Below are positions 30,803 to 32,000 of a stretch of 32,000 nucleotides of DNA, piece by piece. The position numbers and the translations under genes are program-made. The DNA is from Caldimicrobium thiodismutans. Lineage in GTDB: Bacteria; Desulfobacterota; Thermodesulfobacteria; Thermodesulfobacteriales; Thermodesulfobacteriaceae. The notes below the pieces were generated by a model that worked only from the letters and a program-made list of their open reading frames with translations, was not told the DNA's origin and did not search any database. The DNA lies in contig NZ_AP014945.1 in the NCBI RefSeq assembly GCF_001548275.1, forward strand, positions 1,470,001 through 1,502,000, in the 5' to 3' direction. Every line of letters starts with the position of its first letter. The stretch's first letter is position 1.

Positions 30803-32000
30803 GTGATTTATGAAGATCTTCTCTCTTTTTGGATAGCCTTCTTCCTGTGGGAACTCATTCCCTCTTCTTTTTCATGGGAGTTCTCTCCTTATTTAAAAAT
30901 TTTGCTCTTTATAAGTAAAGAGCTTTTCTTTTGCCTAAGTTTAATTTTTATTGCCCGAAGGGCAGGTTCAGGTAACGAGAGGAGTTATTTTTATGTAGAA
31001 AAAATTTTTCTCCTTTTTTCATTTATTTTCTATAGTTTTGATCTTGCCTTTTTTGGACTTAAAAAATTCCTGAGTCCCTATTATTTTTCTGTATTTCCAG
31101 CTCTTTTCTGGTTTTTTCATTATTATATCCTGATAAAAATTGCATTTTATCGGTTTCGTATAGGGTATTTTAGGATTCTTCTTGGACTAATTTTACCCTT
31201 TTTGATTTTAATTTTCATGGAGGAGGTCCTTGATTTTTTTAAGATTTCCTTCCCTGGGCAATTTTTTCTGCTCTTACTGGGTGTAATCTCTCTTTCTCCC
31301 TATCTTGTTATCAAAATTTGGCCAGTTAAAAGGCTTCCTGATGGGCCTTTGAGAGAAGTTATAGATAAATTTTTAAGGCAAGAGAGATTAAATCTCAGAG
31401 ATTATTATATATTACCCCCTTTGGGACCCAGATTTTATACCGCAGGTGTCCTTGGATTTATACCACCTTTCAGGTATCTCTTTTTTTCATCAGGAATCCT
31501 TGAGATTATGGATTTAAAGGAGATTTTAGGAATTTTAGCCCATGAAGCTGGGCACTTAAGAAAAAGACATGGCCTGTATCTTCTTTTAGTGCTTTTGACC
31601 TTTCCCATTTTTATTTTAAATGCCTTCTATCTTTTTTTATTTACTTTTCTTATTTTATTTGATGATTTAAACGGGCTGGATAAGTTTTTGCAGGGGCCCT
31701 ATGCTATTTTTTTTGATATTGCGCTTATTATTTTTTTTCTGAGTTTGGCTATATCCTTTTTTAGGATAATATTTGCCTATTTTCTTCGTTCTCTGGAACG
31801 GGAGGCAGATTTATATGCCCTTTCAAGACTTAAAGATCCCGAACCTATGACCTCTGCTTTTTATAAACTTGGAGAAATTACAGGGCAACTTTTCAGAAAA
31901 TCATGGCATCATTATGGTCTCATGGAGCGAATCCTCTATTTAAATTATGCCTTTCAGAGGCCTGATCTTATTAAGGCCCATTCGGTAAAATTAAGGAGAA
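30803..32000 (+). CDS. Membrane M48-family zinc metallopeptidase (partial, runs off window)
   Basis: Not in the ORF track (GTG start, no stop in window). My translation from GTG 30803 is open to 32000. Several TM helices, then ILAHEAGHLRKRH (HExxH) and later LEREADLYAL. The start codon is uncertain. Confidence 0.7.
   Translation, partial: MIYEDLLSFWIAFFLWELIPSSFSWEFSPYLKILLFISKELFFCLSLIFIARRAGSGNERSYFYVEKIFLLFSFIFYSFDLAFFGLKKFLSPYYFSVFPALFWFFHYYILIKIAFYRFRIGYFRILLGLILPFLILIFMEEVLDFFKISFPGQFFLLLLGVISLSPYLVIKIWPVKRLPDGPLREVIDKFLRQERLNLRDYYILPPLGPRFYTAGVLGFIPPFRYLFFSSGILEIMDLKEILGILAHEAGHLRKRHGLYLLLVLLTFPIFILNAFYLFLFTFLILFDDLNGLDKFLQGPYAIFFDIALIIFFLSLAISFFRIIFAYFLRSLEREADLYALSRLKDPEPMTSAFYKLGEITGQLFRKSWHHYGLMERILYLNYAFQRPDLIKAHSVKLRR

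Overview
Compact (roughly 90% coding), about 40% GC bacterial chromosome segment with K/E/I-rich proteins. The gene content fits a thermophilic anaerobe, possibly Thermodesulfobacteriota-like, but taxonomy cannot be proven from the sequence alone. That content includes a futalosine-type radical SAM enzyme, a selenocysteine-containing SelD, a sigma54 two-component system, a Tat FeS plus cytochrome b module and a c-type cytochrome. Core genes are cca (partial), def, ymdB-rny, zapB-like/zapA, pgsA, an MtaB-like methylthiotransferase, an Mqn-type radical SAM enzyme, a class II aldolase, dnaX-ybaB-recR-X-dprA, an EF-G paralog-mogA-selD operon, a small cytochrome c and an M48 peptidase (partial). 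Accessory content has three parts. (a) A low-GC type II R-M island: a beta-class SPPY methyltransferase fused to a degenerate SNase-like domain, plus a small PD-(D/E)XK-like endonuclease candidate, sitting on the stump of an SNF2-type helicase gene. (b) An Rpn/YhgA-type nuclease. (c) A coiled-coil tandem-repeat PD-(D/E)XK-like protein. The most unusual sequence-level signals are these. (1) Six copies of a modular intergenic element whose conserved 32-nt right-hand box always abuts a -35 hexamer at identical spacing, upstream of unrelated genes. (2) A 12-unit heptamer array inside one copy, containing a (GGGGAGA)5 G-quadruplex motif. (3) No CTAG tetranucleotide found by eye anywhere in 32 kb. 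(4) An in-frame UGA plus SECIS-like hairpin in selD, which the ORF track splits. (5) A locus at 17.9-25.5 kb that combines an atypically long YeiH-family transporter, an orphan Tat-FeS/cytochrome b pair, a sigma54 activator, a sensor kinase with a CxxCH heme-c type periplasmic domain and a TlpA-like thiol oxidoreductase. (6) Several genes that look leaderless. No rRNA, tRNA or CRISPR array was seen.
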